Shown here piece after piece: positions 9,028 through 17,918 of a stretch of 64,000 nucleotides of DNA. This stretch comes from an uncultured Candidatus Saccharibacteria bacterium (GTDB taxonomy: Bacteria > Patescibacteriota > Saccharimonadia > Saccharimonadales > JACDBH01): contig OZ246417.1 of NCBI GenBank assembly GCA_965231105.1, forward strand, positions 164,094 through 228,093, read 5' to 3'. A program made the translations under genes and the position numbers. Below the pieces are notes generated by a model, which saw only the letters and a program-made list of their open reading frames with translations, did not search any database and was not told the DNA's origin. Position 1 is the stretch's first letter; every line of letters starts with the position of its first letter.

Positions 9028-10002
9028 ATGAATACAGCAGAGCGTCTTCAAGGGTATCAGCTCTTTGGTGGCGACACGATTGAATCTATTAGCGAAGTGG
9101 CGGAGCTTCAGGCAAGTCTTTCGTATCTTAAGTTTTTCAAAGAGACTGGATTGAAAGAAACAAAATCGTTTAGAGTGCCAGGCTATAGTCCTATTGATGT
9201 TGTGGATATATTGCCAGAGAGTGCAAATAACGAAGAGGCTATCGTTTTACATTTGCCAATGGCTAACCCGCTGGATCCAAACCAACTATATAAGGTTGCG
9301 ACCATCGCAGCATTAAATCGTGGTTCTCGTGTCATTGCATCTGCAAACCCTAGCCGGCCAGGCTATAGAAGTGGGTTGCTTACACGTGCTCAGCGTATAC
9401 AAGTAGCAAAGGGCGACTTTAGACCAACCGTTGAACCGCTGGTTCGTTATCTTGAGAATCAACATGTTTCATCGGTGAGACAGGCTGGCTACTCATATGG
9501 CGCCGACAAAGCAATGGCGATGGCTGCCTTTGAAGCGTTTGATGTATCCCGAACGGTTGCCGTAGAACCCGCTTCAGTTGTACGGCGTTCTGGTATTGCC
9601 TTGGGGGCCGCGTTTGCATCGACCAAGAAGGCATTGGAAGGATACGTTGCTTTAAATGAGGTGCCCGCATTTGTCTCAGCACGAAGCAAGTCCGTTAATC
9701 GTTCGTATCCGCTAGGGCTCACGAGACTTACCAACCTTGCGATTGCACGCGGTCTAACTGATGGTAAATTTGCTCAGCGCACAAGTAAAGCACTAAAAAC
9801 GCATGAAGGCATGATCGCAACTTTTGCTTGGGGGTCTGAAAGCGAACTTGCTTTAGACGGAGCAATGAGATGCATTACTCGAGATATCGGCATGGCATAT
9901 GGTCAAGATCGTATCCGTACTTTAAGAGCCAAGGGAGCTAAGCATGCACTAGCAGATGACATCCATCTTCATGCTGCTCTAATCACTGAGGGTCTCCGTT
10001 AG
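9028..10002 (+). CDS. Putative alpha/beta hydrolase
   Basis: 324-aa ORF with GYSYGAD (GxSxG nucleophile elbow) and alternating beta/alpha character. Confidence 0.5.
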   Translation: MNTAERLQGYQLFGGDTIESISEVAELQASLSYLKFFKETGLKETKSFRVPGYSPIDVVDILPESANNEEAIVLHLPMANPLDPNQLYKVATIAALNRGSRVIASANPSRPGYRSGLLTRAQRIQVAKGDFRPTVEPLVRYLENQHVSSVRQAGYSYGADKAMAMAAFEAFDVSRTVAVEPASVVRRSGIALGAAFASTKKALEGYVALNEVPAFVSARSKSVNRSYPLGLTRLTNLAIARGLTDGKFAQRTSKALKTHEGMIATFAWGSESELALDGAMRCITRDIGMAYGQDRIRTLRAKGAKHALADDIHLHAALITEGLR

Positions 10003-10005
10003 GAG

Positions 10006-11166
10006 CTATCGGAGCTTTGCGTTTGCTTCCTCTATCTTTTGTAACGATTCTTTTGCCGCATTCCAAAGTCCAGAATCATTGAATTTTGTTTTACGCCAAT
10101 ACCACCACTCGACTCCCCAGAGATCAATCGTTTTCATGCCAGTTGCTCGTCCATACTCAATACGATCTTTTAGCATCTGCGGGTTCATGGACTTATCCTG
10201 CTCAGCTAGTGGTGTTTCTTTAGTGCCGCCCGTTGATTCGGGGGTCCACGCCTCGGTTTGAAGTTCATGAATAAAGGACTCATGCCCACGAGTAATTTCT
10301 GTAAAGGCAGCTCGAAACGCGTAATACCAGGCAGGAATTGGATATTCAAAGTAGCGTTTAGTAATAGTCTTGTCCCAGACTCGCTTATATACAGAAATTG
10401 CCCATTTATCTGGAGTTGGTTCGCCGATGGGTGTGCCGATGGCGTTATTACTCATACTCACCACAAGCGTATGATGTGGATCAATACTTTTTACCAGGTT
10501 GTATTCGTAGACGAGACGTTCTCGATCGAAGTTACTGCATAAGCCAAAAGCTTTTAGGAAATACTCATTTTCTAGTTGATAACTGTCTAATGCTGGACTG
10601 GTTTTATAGCGTTCAACAACTGCGGCGATAAAGTTATAGAGTGGCTGTTCCCAGGCATCGGCAAGGAGTTTGTCTGCCCAGGCGGGTTTATGGCATTCCG
10701 GCCAGCGTGGTTGGCGTAATCCGATAGCGAGGCTTACCTTCACATTGTGTTCTTCGGCCATGCGGAATTGCCAGTCAAGCTCATCAAAATTATACGTACC
10801 TTGAGTAGGCTCGATATTTTCCCAGTAACTCACAAGGCGCAAACGTTTAATGCCGAGATCGGTAATAATCGCCTGCATAGTTTCTTTAGGATCTAGGTCA
10901 TAGTAACGAGCATAATCAGGTATAAATGTAGCGCCGAATGTAACTGGCACATTACGATTTTTATAAATATACCACTGCGCCAATCCATACATTGAACCGA
11001 TCAAAAAGACTACCAAGGCTATAAGCCCAATAAACGCCTTACGCCAAAAATGAACTTTTACTGTCCAGTGTGTGAAATTACCCCATAACTGTTGCCAAAA
11101 ACCCACATTTCGCGCCGGTTTGCGTTTGTGGGGCGGAGTTTTTTTCTTTTGTTGGATGTTTGCCAT
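10006..11166 (-). CDS. Membrane-anchored glycoside hydrolase (clan GH-A TIM-barrel type)
   Basis: RLVSYWENIEPTQGTYNFDELDWQF...HNVKVSLAIG and QLENEYF (NE acid/base motif). N-terminal basic region plus TM. Start trimmed to ATG 11166 (MANIQQKKK). Confidence 0.6.
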   Translation of the reverse strand: MANIQQKKKTPPHKRKPARNVGFWQQLWGNFTHWTVKVHFWRKAFIGLIALVVFLIGSMYGLAQWYIYKNRNVPVTFGATFIPDYARYYDLDPKETMQAIITDLGIKRLRLVSYWENIEPTQGTYNFDELDWQFRMAEEHNVKVSLAIGLRQPRWPECHKPAWADKLLADAWEQPLYNFIAAVVERYKTSPALDSYQLENEYFLKAFGLCSNFDRERLVYEYNLVKSIDPHHTLVVSMSNNAIGTPIGEPTPDKWAISVYKRVWDKTITKRYFEYPIPAWYYAFRAAFTEITRGHESFIHELQTEAWTPESTGGTKETPLAEQDKSMNPQMLKDRIEYGRATGMKTIDLWGVEWWYWRKTKFNDSGLWNAAKESLQKIEEANAKLR

Positions 11167-11184
11167 GTTAGTATCAAACGAAGT

Positions 11185-11979
11185 ATGTCTACAATGCTTA
11201 CGCTTTCTATAGTTATACCAGCTCATAACGAAGAAAACCACCTCAAAGCCTGCTTAGAAGCAATTAAGCATCAGACCGTAAGGCCATTTGAAGTTATTGT
11301 GGTGGACAATAATTCAACCGACAAGACTGCCGAGATCGCACAATCATATAAGTTTGTGTCTCTTATTACTGAGACGAAGCAAGGCATTGCATATGCCCGT
11401 AACGCTGGGTTTTCTGCGGCGCGTGGTGATCTTATTGGTCGCATTGATGCAGATACCCATCTTGCCCCCGACTGGGCAGAACAGACCTTAACCTATATGA
11501 ACCAACATACCGAAATCCAGGCTATTACTGGTAACTGCACCTTTTATGATTTCCCACTGCCGCGATTTACGCGTATCGTGCACAGTTTTTTCTACTACCA
11601 CCTCCATGCGCTGCTCGCAGGCGGAACGATCTTATGGGGGTCAAACATGGTAGTGAGAAAGACGGCGTGGCGTCTTGTTCGCGATCATACTCATATACAA
11701 AGTAATATTCATGAAGATGTTGATCTCAGTATTGTTATGCATAAACATAAACTTCCTATCCGAAGAGCCCGCTCATTAGTCGCATCCGTTTCGCTTCGGC
11801 GAGGTGGGGTTAATTTACGACGAGACTACAAGTATTTATCTGCCTGGCCGAGAACTTATGCGGTGAATGGTCTGCATGTTAAGGCCGCTATGATCAATGT
11901 CCTGAAGTGGTTCATTATTATCTTTCTGGCCCTTCCCACGCTTTTGCTAAGTCAAATTCAAGCGCTCAAGAAAACCTAA
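11185..11979 (+). CDS. Glycosyltransferase family 2
   Basis: LSIVIPAHNEE, VIVVDNNSTDKT and RIDADT (DxD-type) motifs. Start trimmed to ATG 11185. Confidence 0.8.
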   Translation: MSTMLTLSIVIPAHNEENHLKACLEAIKHQTVRPFEVIVVDNNSTDKTAEIAQSYKFVSLITETKQGIAYARNAGFSAARGDLIGRIDADTHLAPDWAEQTLTYMNQHTEIQAITGNCTFYDFPLPRFTRIVHSFFYYHLHALLAGGTILWGSNMVVRKTAWRLVRDHTHIQSNIHEDVDLSIVMHKHKLPIRRARSLVASVSLRRGGVNLRRDYKYLSAWPRTYAVNGLHVKAAMINVLKWFIIIFLALPTLLLSQIQALKKT

Positions 11980-12557
11980 AGTACATCATTGCTCGTGAAG
12001 CTACCGAAATCATTTTCGGTTGGGGTGCAGTCTTTCCAAAGTCCCCTGCCAGCTACCCGAGCTTCCTCCTGGTATTGCTTAAATTCATCTGCCTTTGTAA
12101 TCGGAAAGCTTGTATAGGCAAAGCCATAGCCCTGCTTGATAATCTCCGCATTTACCAACGTGCCATCAGGTAAATAGACATACCTGAGCAGGCGGTTATA
12201 GCGGTCCCGGTTTGTGTTAAGCGGATCGGTTTCTAAACGAACATTTTGAGTGCCAATAAGGTTTTCGGTAAAGGTGGCAGCCGCCTGCCCAAAACATTGC
12301 ACAGCCTTACGTGGATCGTGGGTTTCGGGAGTGTCGACACCAATCATGCGTATACTTTCTTCTTTGCCATTCATATCAACCGTGATGGTATCGCCATCCG
12401 CAAAGCTGGTAACACGATACAATCCAGGTTGTGCCTGTTGAAGATTGGAGGCGGCTCTATCAATCCACCCCTGTTGTTGTGCCAGTAAGGTAACGCCGGT
12501 GATTAAAAGCCCGATAGCCAGTGATAGAAGCTTTCGCTTTTGTTTCTTCGTGAGCAT
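11976..12557 (-). CDS. Secreted/membrane-anchored thermonuclease (staphylococcal nuclease-like)
   Basis: DGDTITV, IRMIGVDTPE, RLLRYVYL and NAEIIKQGYGFAY match the SNase fold signature. N-terminal TM/signal segment. Confidence 0.8.
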   Translation of the reverse strand: MLTKKQKRKLLSLAIGLLITGVTLLAQQQGWIDRAASNLQQAQPGLYRVTSFADGDTITVDMNGKEESIRMIGVDTPETHDPRKAVQCFGQAAATFTENLIGTQNVRLETDPLNTNRDRYNRLLRYVYLPDGTLVNAEIIKQGYGFAYTSFPITKADEFKQYQEEARVAGRGLWKDCTPTENDFGSFTSNDVL

Positions 12558-12558
12558 A

Positions 12559-13566
12559 TTAATCTTTGGCTGAAGTAGTTTCAGTCTGCGGAAACAGCAG
12601 CGAACCGATCACGGCACCACCAATAAGTACACCGATGACGCTCAGGCTAATACCGGTGTTGAGATGAACGCCAAACCAATCACGCCCCAAGATATGGCTC
12701 GGAGCAATAAACATCTTTACGCCCACAAAAAGTAGCAAGAAACCTAAGGCACGATGAAGCATCCAGAACTTGTCCTTAATAAACTCAAAAACAAAATACA
12801 GTGCCCGGAGTCCTAAAATAGCGGCAGCATTACTTGAAAGAACAATGAATGGATCACGAGAAATAGCTAAGATTGCCGGTACGCTGTCTATAGCAAAGAT
12901 CGCATCGGTTACCTCTATGACAACCAGTGCGACAAACAATACGGTTGCAACACGCTTGCCATTTTCATGGGTGAAAAGATTATGCCCTTCAAGATGGTGT
13001 CCTACGGGAATAATCCGCCTAATTAAGCGGAATAACTTATTTGTTGCGGGATTAAACTCATCTTCTTCTCTCTTCCTGAGAAGCTTGTAGCCGCTGTAGA
13101 GCAACACAAGACCAAATAAAAGAAGCACTGGCTCAAAGCGGTCAATAAGAGCTATACCTGCAAAGACAAATATCGTTCGCATCACGAGAGCACCAAAGAT
13201 ACCCCAGAATAAAACGCGGTGCTGATATTTTTTGGGTATCTTAAAGTAGGTAAGAATAACGGACCACGCAAACACATTATCAACAGACAAGGATTTTTCT
13301 ATGAGATAACCGCCAAAGTATTGACCGCCCGCTTCACTTCCATATACAGACCAAATTACCGCCCCAAGGCCAATTCCCAGTGCGACCCACACCAGACTTT
13401 GGTGCACCGAGCTCTTGAGTGTTGGGGTGTGATCGCGACGATGGACCACCAAAATATCAAAAAGGATTAAAAACAAAAACCATCCGGCTAAGAGGGCCCA
13501 GTGCCACCACGCAGCGTGTATATTCAATGTTTCAGCAGTAAGGGTCGCGGCAAAATTCTGAAGCAT
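12559..13566 (-). CDS. TerC family integral membrane protein
   Basis: Multi-TM protein with EKSLSVDNVFAW and IFAIDSVPAILAIS, the characteristic TerC repeats. Confidence 0.8.
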   Translation of the reverse strand: MLQNFAATLTAETLNIHAAWWHWALLAGWFLFLILFDILVVHRRDHTPTLKSSVHQSLVWVALGIGLGAVIWSVYGSEAGGQYFGGYLIEKSLSVDNVFAWSVILTYFKIPKKYQHRVLFWGIFGALVMRTIFVFAGIALIDRFEPVLLLFGLVLLYSGYKLLRKREEDEFNPATNKLFRLIRRIIPVGHHLEGHNLFTHENGKRVATVLFVALVVIEVTDAIFAIDSVPAILAISRDPFIVLSSNAAAILGLRALYFVFEFIKDKFWMLHRALGFLLLFVGVKMFIAPSHILGRDWFGVHLNTGISLSVIGVLIGGAVIGSLLFPQTETTSAKD

Positions 13567-14135
13567 TAGTAATCGATTCCTTTATTGGCTAAGAATTTCT
13601 CATCAAAGTGGTGACGGATCTTGGTCATATTGGTAGCAATATCAGTAAGAGGTAATAGTTCTTCTGGAAAATTACGTCCCGTTACGCATAGACTGGTTTT
13701 GGGTCCTCGACTTTTAATAAGTTTTTCTAAATCTTTCTCACTTAGCAAACCATCATGGACGGCATTATTAATTTCATCACAAATAACCAGATCAAATTCA
13801 CCTTCTGAAACGGCTTTAAGGGCAACATCATAGGTATCTTTGGCGGCTTTTTTGTGTTCCACTTCGCTGACATCTTTGGCACTGATGTCACCCGCATTGA
13901 AGAAGCCCTTGCCACCTTTATAGAACATGAGACTTTCGCCAAAGACTGGCTGGACTTTATGGATAAAGTCATGCTCGCCTACTGTCCAGTGCTTGATGAA
14001 CTGAATAAAGGCTACTCTCCAGCCACGCCCTAAAGCACGCGCCATGAGTCCCACTGAAGCGGACGTCTTCCCTTTCCCTTCGCCGGTGTATACCAATACA
14101 ACTGAGTCTTTGGTTTTAAAATCCTCAAACGCCAT
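13566..14135 (-). CDS. cobO: Cob(I)yrinic acid a,c-diamide (corrinoid) adenosyltransferase, CobO/BtuR type
   Basis: VLVYTGEGKGKTSASVGLMARALGRGWRVAFIQFIK and VICDEINNA match the CobA/CobO/BtuR P-loop family. Confidence 0.75.
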   Translation of the reverse strand: MAFEDFKTKDSVVLVYTGEGKGKTSASVGLMARALGRGWRVAFIQFIKHWTVGEHDFIHKVQPVFGESLMFYKGGKGFFNAGDISAKDVSEVEHKKAAKDTYDVALKAVSEGEFDLVICDEINNAVHDGLLSEKDLEKLIKSRGPKTSLCVTGRNFPEELLPLTDIATNMTKIRHHFDEKFLANKGIDY

Positions 14136-14182
14136 ATGTATCTAAGCATAGCTTAGGCCTGCTCGGGACGTCAAAAATCTCT

Positions 14183-14782
14183 TTAAGCTTCAGGTTTGAA
14201 TAAGGCACCGTGCACACTTGCTATGCCGGCGGCATACCCCAGCTGTGCTTTTCGAAGACTCTTTGTATCGTTAGCGATTTCAGGAAACTCACTCACTCGA
14301 ACAAGTTCGAGCGTATCAATTACGTGTGCAAGGGGATCATCATGAGCCGTGAGGTATGCTAGTCTTTTCCTAGATTCATGTATAACGCGTTCATCTGCTG
14401 CATCCTGAGCCGCGAAATTTGGTGCTCTCAGGCCCGGCAGCTTAATACCAGCTTCCCCCTGCTTAATGGCATCAAAGCGATTAAGGGCCAGCCAGTCTTC
14501 ATACACGGCTAGTTCGCTTGGTTTATATTGCACCTGCTGTAGTGCTTGCCTAAACACGTTAATATGAACCCCATGTCCTGGTGAGATACGGCCTGTTTTA
14601 AAGAATAGTTCTCCCAGTCCTTTCGTGACCCTATCTGCTCGTTCGAATCGTGTTACATCTCCTTCGCCTTGAATGACCCGTAAGGTAGTACGTTGTGAGC
14701 TGCTAATTCGAGGTTTTCTAAGAGGTTCACCCATGTCTTCATAGTACGCTACTAGTAGCGTAGGTGTTGTGATAAAAATCAC
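14183..14782 (-). CDS. Hypothetical protein (up to 199 aa)
   Basis: ORF only. The start may be the internal ATG at 14734. Confidence 0.4.
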   Translation of the reverse strand: MIFITTPTLLVAYYEDMGEPLRKPRISSSQRTTLRVIQGEGDVTRFERADRVTKGLGELFFKTGRISPGHGVHINVFRQALQQVQYKPSELAVYEDWLALNRFDAIKQGEAGIKLPGLRAPNFAAQDAADERVIHESRKRLAYLTAHDDPLAHVIDTLELVRVSEFPEIANDTKSLRKAQLGYAAGIASVHGALFKPEA

Positions 14783-14832
14783 TACTAATAGTGTCCTATG
14801 TAAGATTTCTCACACGAATGATTAAATCTAAA

Positions 14833-15072
14833 TTAAATCAGTTTCTTTTCTTTAAGTGTGGCATCGATTCTGGCTCGATCAAAGCCAACAATGATAGTGC
14901 CATCGATATCAATGACAGGAATACCCATTTGCCCTGATTTGGCAACCGATTCTTGGGCGTTCTTAATATCCTGATCGACATCTTTTTCTTCGTATGCAAC
15001 ACCGAGCTTATCAAAATATTGCTTTGCTGCGTGGCAAAAGGCACACCAGACTGCACTATAAACGGTTACCAT
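14833..15072 (-). CDS. Glutaredoxin-like (NrdH/Grx family) protein
   Basis: 79 aa with VTVYSAVWCAFCHAAKQYF (CxxC) and the GIPVIDIDG pattern. SD GGAGG lies 4 nt upstream of the ATG. Confidence 0.8.
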   Translation of the reverse strand: MVTVYSAVWCAFCHAAKQYFDKLGVAYEEKDVDQDIKNAQESVAKSGQMGIPVIDIDGTIIVGFDRARIDATLKEKKLI

Positions 15073-15269
15073 ACATCCTCCCTTTTATGGCTTGATGACT
15101 CATGAATGAGCGCTTTATATAGATAATACAGACTATTCCTGTGGCTGCGGCAAGAAAACTTACATATATAAAGATAAACATACTTCGATATTCTATCAGT
15201 TTTGTTACACTTGAAGCTATGGTAAAGGTAGCGAAACAAAATCCGCAAAAAGAACCGCTGATACTATTT

Positions 15270-15902
15270 ATGTCAAATTGGATAAAACGCAATATGTCAT
15301 TTATTGCACTGGTACTCACCGGCTTTATTGTTGGCGTTTTATGGTTTGGGGCACTACGATTTTTCCTTCGCTCACCACATGAAACTCACTATCATGCTAA
15401 CTTTGCAGTCTATGTTGATAATGTTCGCGAAGAGTTCAAAAGTTTTACCTATTACGAAGAAGTGGCAGCTTGCAGTGATGCCTATGCCGATAATCCCAAG
15501 GGTCGAGTGCATATGCATGACCAGATAAATGATGTTATTCATGTTCATGATAAGCGGGTTGCCTATGCTGACTTTTTCAACAACATCAACTGGACCTTAG
15601 GTCCTGACTTTGTCCGCACGGACGATGGTCTTATCACGGCTACCGATACAAAAAAATGGCACTTTCTATTAAATGGCGAAGCGGTTGACCGTGTCGATAA
15701 TCTCATTATTGGCAATGAGGATACGCTTCTTATTTCCTATGGTGCAGCTGATCTCGATTATTCGGCGCAATATAATGCCATTGCGCATACGGCTGCTGAA
15801 ACGAACCACAAACAAGATCCATCGACCTGTAGCGGGTTAAACGGTCCACATGATACGAGCTTTAGCGCACGCCTCAAACGAGCTTTTGATTTTACTGAGT
15901 AG
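15270..15902 (+). CDS. Membrane-anchored histidine-cluster protein (possible metal binding)
   Basis: One N-terminal TM (FIALVLTGFIVGVLWFGAL), then HETHYHANFAVYV and VHMHDQINDVIHVHD. The start is ambiguous (15270 or 15294); the 15141 extension lies in an AT-rich promoter region. Confidence 0.5.
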   Translation: MSNWIKRNMSFIALVLTGFIVGVLWFGALRFFLRSPHETHYHANFAVYVDNVREEFKSFTYYEEVAACSDAYADNPKGRVHMHDQINDVIHVHDKRVAYADFFNNINWTLGPDFVRTDDGLITATDTKKWHFLLNGEAVDRVDNLIIGNEDTLLISYGAADLDYSAQYNAIAHTAAETNHKQDPSTCSGLNGPHDTSFSARLKRAFDFTE

Positions 15903-15909
15903 TAAAGTC

Positions 15910-15939
15910 TTGCGCCCGTCTCTTTTCCGCTGTTATACT
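15910..15939 (+). promoter_or_regulatory. atp operon promoter candidate: -35 TTGCGC / extended -10 TGtTATACT
   Basis: TTGCGC at 15910-15915, 18-nt spacer, TGT plus TATACT at 15931-15939. The ATG at 15950 lies 10 nt downstream with no SD. Confidence 0.45.
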
Positions 15940-15949
15940 GAAATTACCA

Positions 15950-16282
15950 ATGGGAAAAGCTAACGCCGCCAAAAAGACGACGATTGCTGAGGATAGTGCC
16001 GAAGCATTCATGGCGACGCTTGATGCAAAAAATCGTTTCTTTGCTGCAACTTTAGGGATGGGCTGGCGTATGGCCGTTACATTTCTTCTGCCGCTTATAG
16101 GGGGCATTAAGCTTGATCAGCGATACGATACCTCTCCTTCTTTTACACTTGTAGGATTTATGTTCGCAGCAACTGCTGCTTCAATCGTCGTATGGCGGTC
16201 TGTTAAAGATGTAAATGCTGCCCAAGCTGAGCAAGATGCGCGTAAGGCTAAGTCGGCTCGCCGAAAGGTACGAAAAGTATGA
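15950..16282 (+). CDS. AtpZ/AtpI-like small membrane protein of the atp operon
   Basis: 110 aa with two TM segments (LGMGWRMAVTFLLPLIGGIKLD...FTLVGFMFAATAASIVVW), immediately upstream of and overlapping atpB. Confidence 0.65.
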   Translation: MGKANAAKKTTIAEDSAEAFMATLDAKNRFFAATLGMGWRMAVTFLLPLIGGIKLDQRYDTSPSFTLVGFMFAATAASIVVWRSVKDVNAAQAEQDARKAKSARRKVRKV

Positions 16283-17109
16283 TCTCATCACTACTCACCC
16301 GCTTTGCCGCAGAGAGTGGCCCGTCGGTTCATATTACGCCTGGTGAAGTCTTGAAAATTGGCGATACGCCTATTACCAACTCAATCCTCTACGCCTGGAT
16401 TTCATCGCTTATCATTATCATTATTTCGATCGTTATTGCCCGGATGGTAAAAGTTCGTCCGCGCCGTGGATTGGTGCAGTTTTTTGAACTCGGCACCGAT
16501 TTTATTACTAATCTTCTCGCTTCTTCTTTAGGAAGTCGTAAAAAAGCTCTGAAGTATGCACCGTACTTTGTAACCATGTTCTTCTTCATCTGTCTCAGTA
16601 ACTGGTTGGGGCTTTTACCCGGTGTTGGTGAGGCCATAACCCGAAATGACGTACCCGTATTTCGACCGTTTACGGCTGACTTAAACGGTACGCTGGCTGC
16701 GGCAACAATTAGTATGATTTTGGTGCAGACATTTGCGATTAAAGAATCTGGTTTTCTTCCTCACCTTAAGCACTACTTTAACGGCAGTTTTAAAAACCCT
16801 ATGACCTGGTTCTTAGGCATTTTTGAAATCTTCGGTGAGTTTACGCGTATCGGAAGCCTTGCCCTCCGATTGTTCCTAAACGTTGCAATTGGTGAAGTTA
16901 TTATCGCGGTCTTCTCATACTTAGGTAAGTATGCTGCTCCGCTGACGTCTTTGCCCTTCGTAATCCTGGAACTGCTCGTGGGAGCACTGCAGGCTTATAT
17001 CTTTGTCATGCTGTCCGTGATGTATTTGGCTGTAGCCATCAAGCACCACGAACAACATGAAGCAGAAGACCATGAAGGTTCACCAAAGGCTGTCAATGCT
17101 GGCGCGTGA
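16279..17109 (+). CDS. atpB: ATP synthase Fo subunit a
   Basis: Multi-TM protein with LALRLFLNVAIGE (the essential Arg helix). Operon position fits. Confidence 0.88.
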   Translation: MISSLLTRFAAESGPSVHITPGEVLKIGDTPITNSILYAWISSLIIIIISIVIARMVKVRPRRGLVQFFELGTDFITNLLASSLGSRKKALKYAPYFVTMFFFICLSNWLGLLPGVGEAITRNDVPVFRPFTADLNGTLAAATISMILVQTFAIKESGFLPHLKHYFNGSFKNPMTWFLGIFEIFGEFTRIGSLALRLFLNVAIGEVIIAVFSYLGKYAAPLTSLPFVILELLVGALQAYIFVMLSVMYLAVAIKHHEQHEAEDHEGSPKAVNAGA

Positions 17110-17146
17110 TGATGGTGTTAAAAGTAAGGTAATAAGGAGTTAACAG

Positions 17147-17371
17147 ATGTTTTTTGCAGCAGTAGAAAATCTCGACGTTCTTGCCAAAGGTATCATGATG
17201 GGCTTTGGTATGCTCGGGCCAGCAATTGGTATTGGGCTAATTGGTAACGCATTTATGAATGCCGTTGGTCGTAACCCAGAAGCAAGTAAGTATTTGGGTC
17301 AGATTTTGGTTATTATCGCTATCGTTGAGCTAATGGCGCTCCTCGTATTTGCATCACTTTTCATTATTTAA
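17147..17371 (+). CDS. atpE: ATP synthase Fo subunit c
   Basis: 74-aa hairpin with GRNPEA loop and IAIVELMALLVF carboxylate helix. No Q/ES/T Na+ signature, so the H+ type is likely. Confidence 0.9.
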   Translation: MFFAAVENLDVLAKGIMMGFGMLGPAIGIGLIGNAFMNAVGRNPEASKYLGQILVIIAIVELMALLVFASLFII

Positions 17372-17387
17372 GGAGAAGAAACACCAC

Positions 17388-17918
17388 ATGAATCTCACAT
17401 TGTTTGCAGCTGAAGCGGCCGAACACGAAAGTGGCATCTTAGGTTTTAACCTCGGCGCATTTGCTATCCAGCTTGTTACTTTCATCTTTGTGTTTCTCTT
17501 ATTAAAACGCTTTGCATTCCAGCCGATCGTTAACCTGCTTGAGAAGCGACGCCAGACAATTGAGGATGGTGTGCGCTTAGGTGAAAAAATGGAAAAGCGT
17601 CAGGAAAAGCTTGAAGAAGAAGCCCAGGCGGTTATCCGTGATGCACGTCATGACGCTGATCGTATTATCGCGAATGCACATAAGGAATCACGTGAAGTTT
17701 TGCGCGAAGCTGAAAAGACTGCCAAGAAGAAGACTGATGCTCTGCTTCAGGATGCACAGGAACGTATTGAAGAAGAAACAGAACGAGCTCGTCGAAGTCT
17801 TGAAAAAGATATCGTGGGACTTGTGTCTGAGGCTACTGAAGCCGTAGTACATGAAAAAGTGGATGCCAAAAAAGATGCTGAGCTTATTGACCGAGCAATG
17901 AAAGGTCGGAAGAAATAA
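17388..17918 (+). CDS. atpF: ATP synthase Fo subunit b
   Basis: One N-terminal TM, then a long charged helix. AAGGAG SD at 17370-17375. Start trimmed to ATG 17388. Confidence 0.85.
   Translation: MNLTLFAAEAAEHESGILGFNLGAFAIQLVTFIFVFLLLKRFAFQPIVNLLEKRRQTIEDGVRLGEKMEKRQEKLEEEAQAVIRDARHDADRIIANAHKESREVLREAEKTAKKKTDALLQDAQERIEEETERARRSLEKDIVGLVSEATEAVVHEKVDAKKDAELIDRAMKGRKK

Noticed and set aside
11092-11241. Longer start options that would make the GH and GT2 genes overlap head-to-head by 150 nt
   Set aside because: The extensions encode implausible N-termini (for example MPKTHISRRFAFVGRSFFLLLDVCHV). Internal ATGs give a normal basic-plus-TM start for the GH and the canonical LSIVIPAHNEE start for the GT2.
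15056-15319. 87-aa minus-strand ORF with hydrophobic stretches upstream of the glutaredoxin-like gene
   Set aside because: It lies in an AT-rich divergent promoter region. It overlaps the glutaredoxin start, which has its own GGAGG SD, and overlaps the plus-strand gene. No SD or recognisable motif is present, so it is probably a compositional artefact.
17147-17371. Na+-translocating c-ring
   Set aside because: Helix 1 lacks the Gln. Helix 2 reads VELMAL rather than the E(S/T) signature. An H+-coupled enzyme is more likely.
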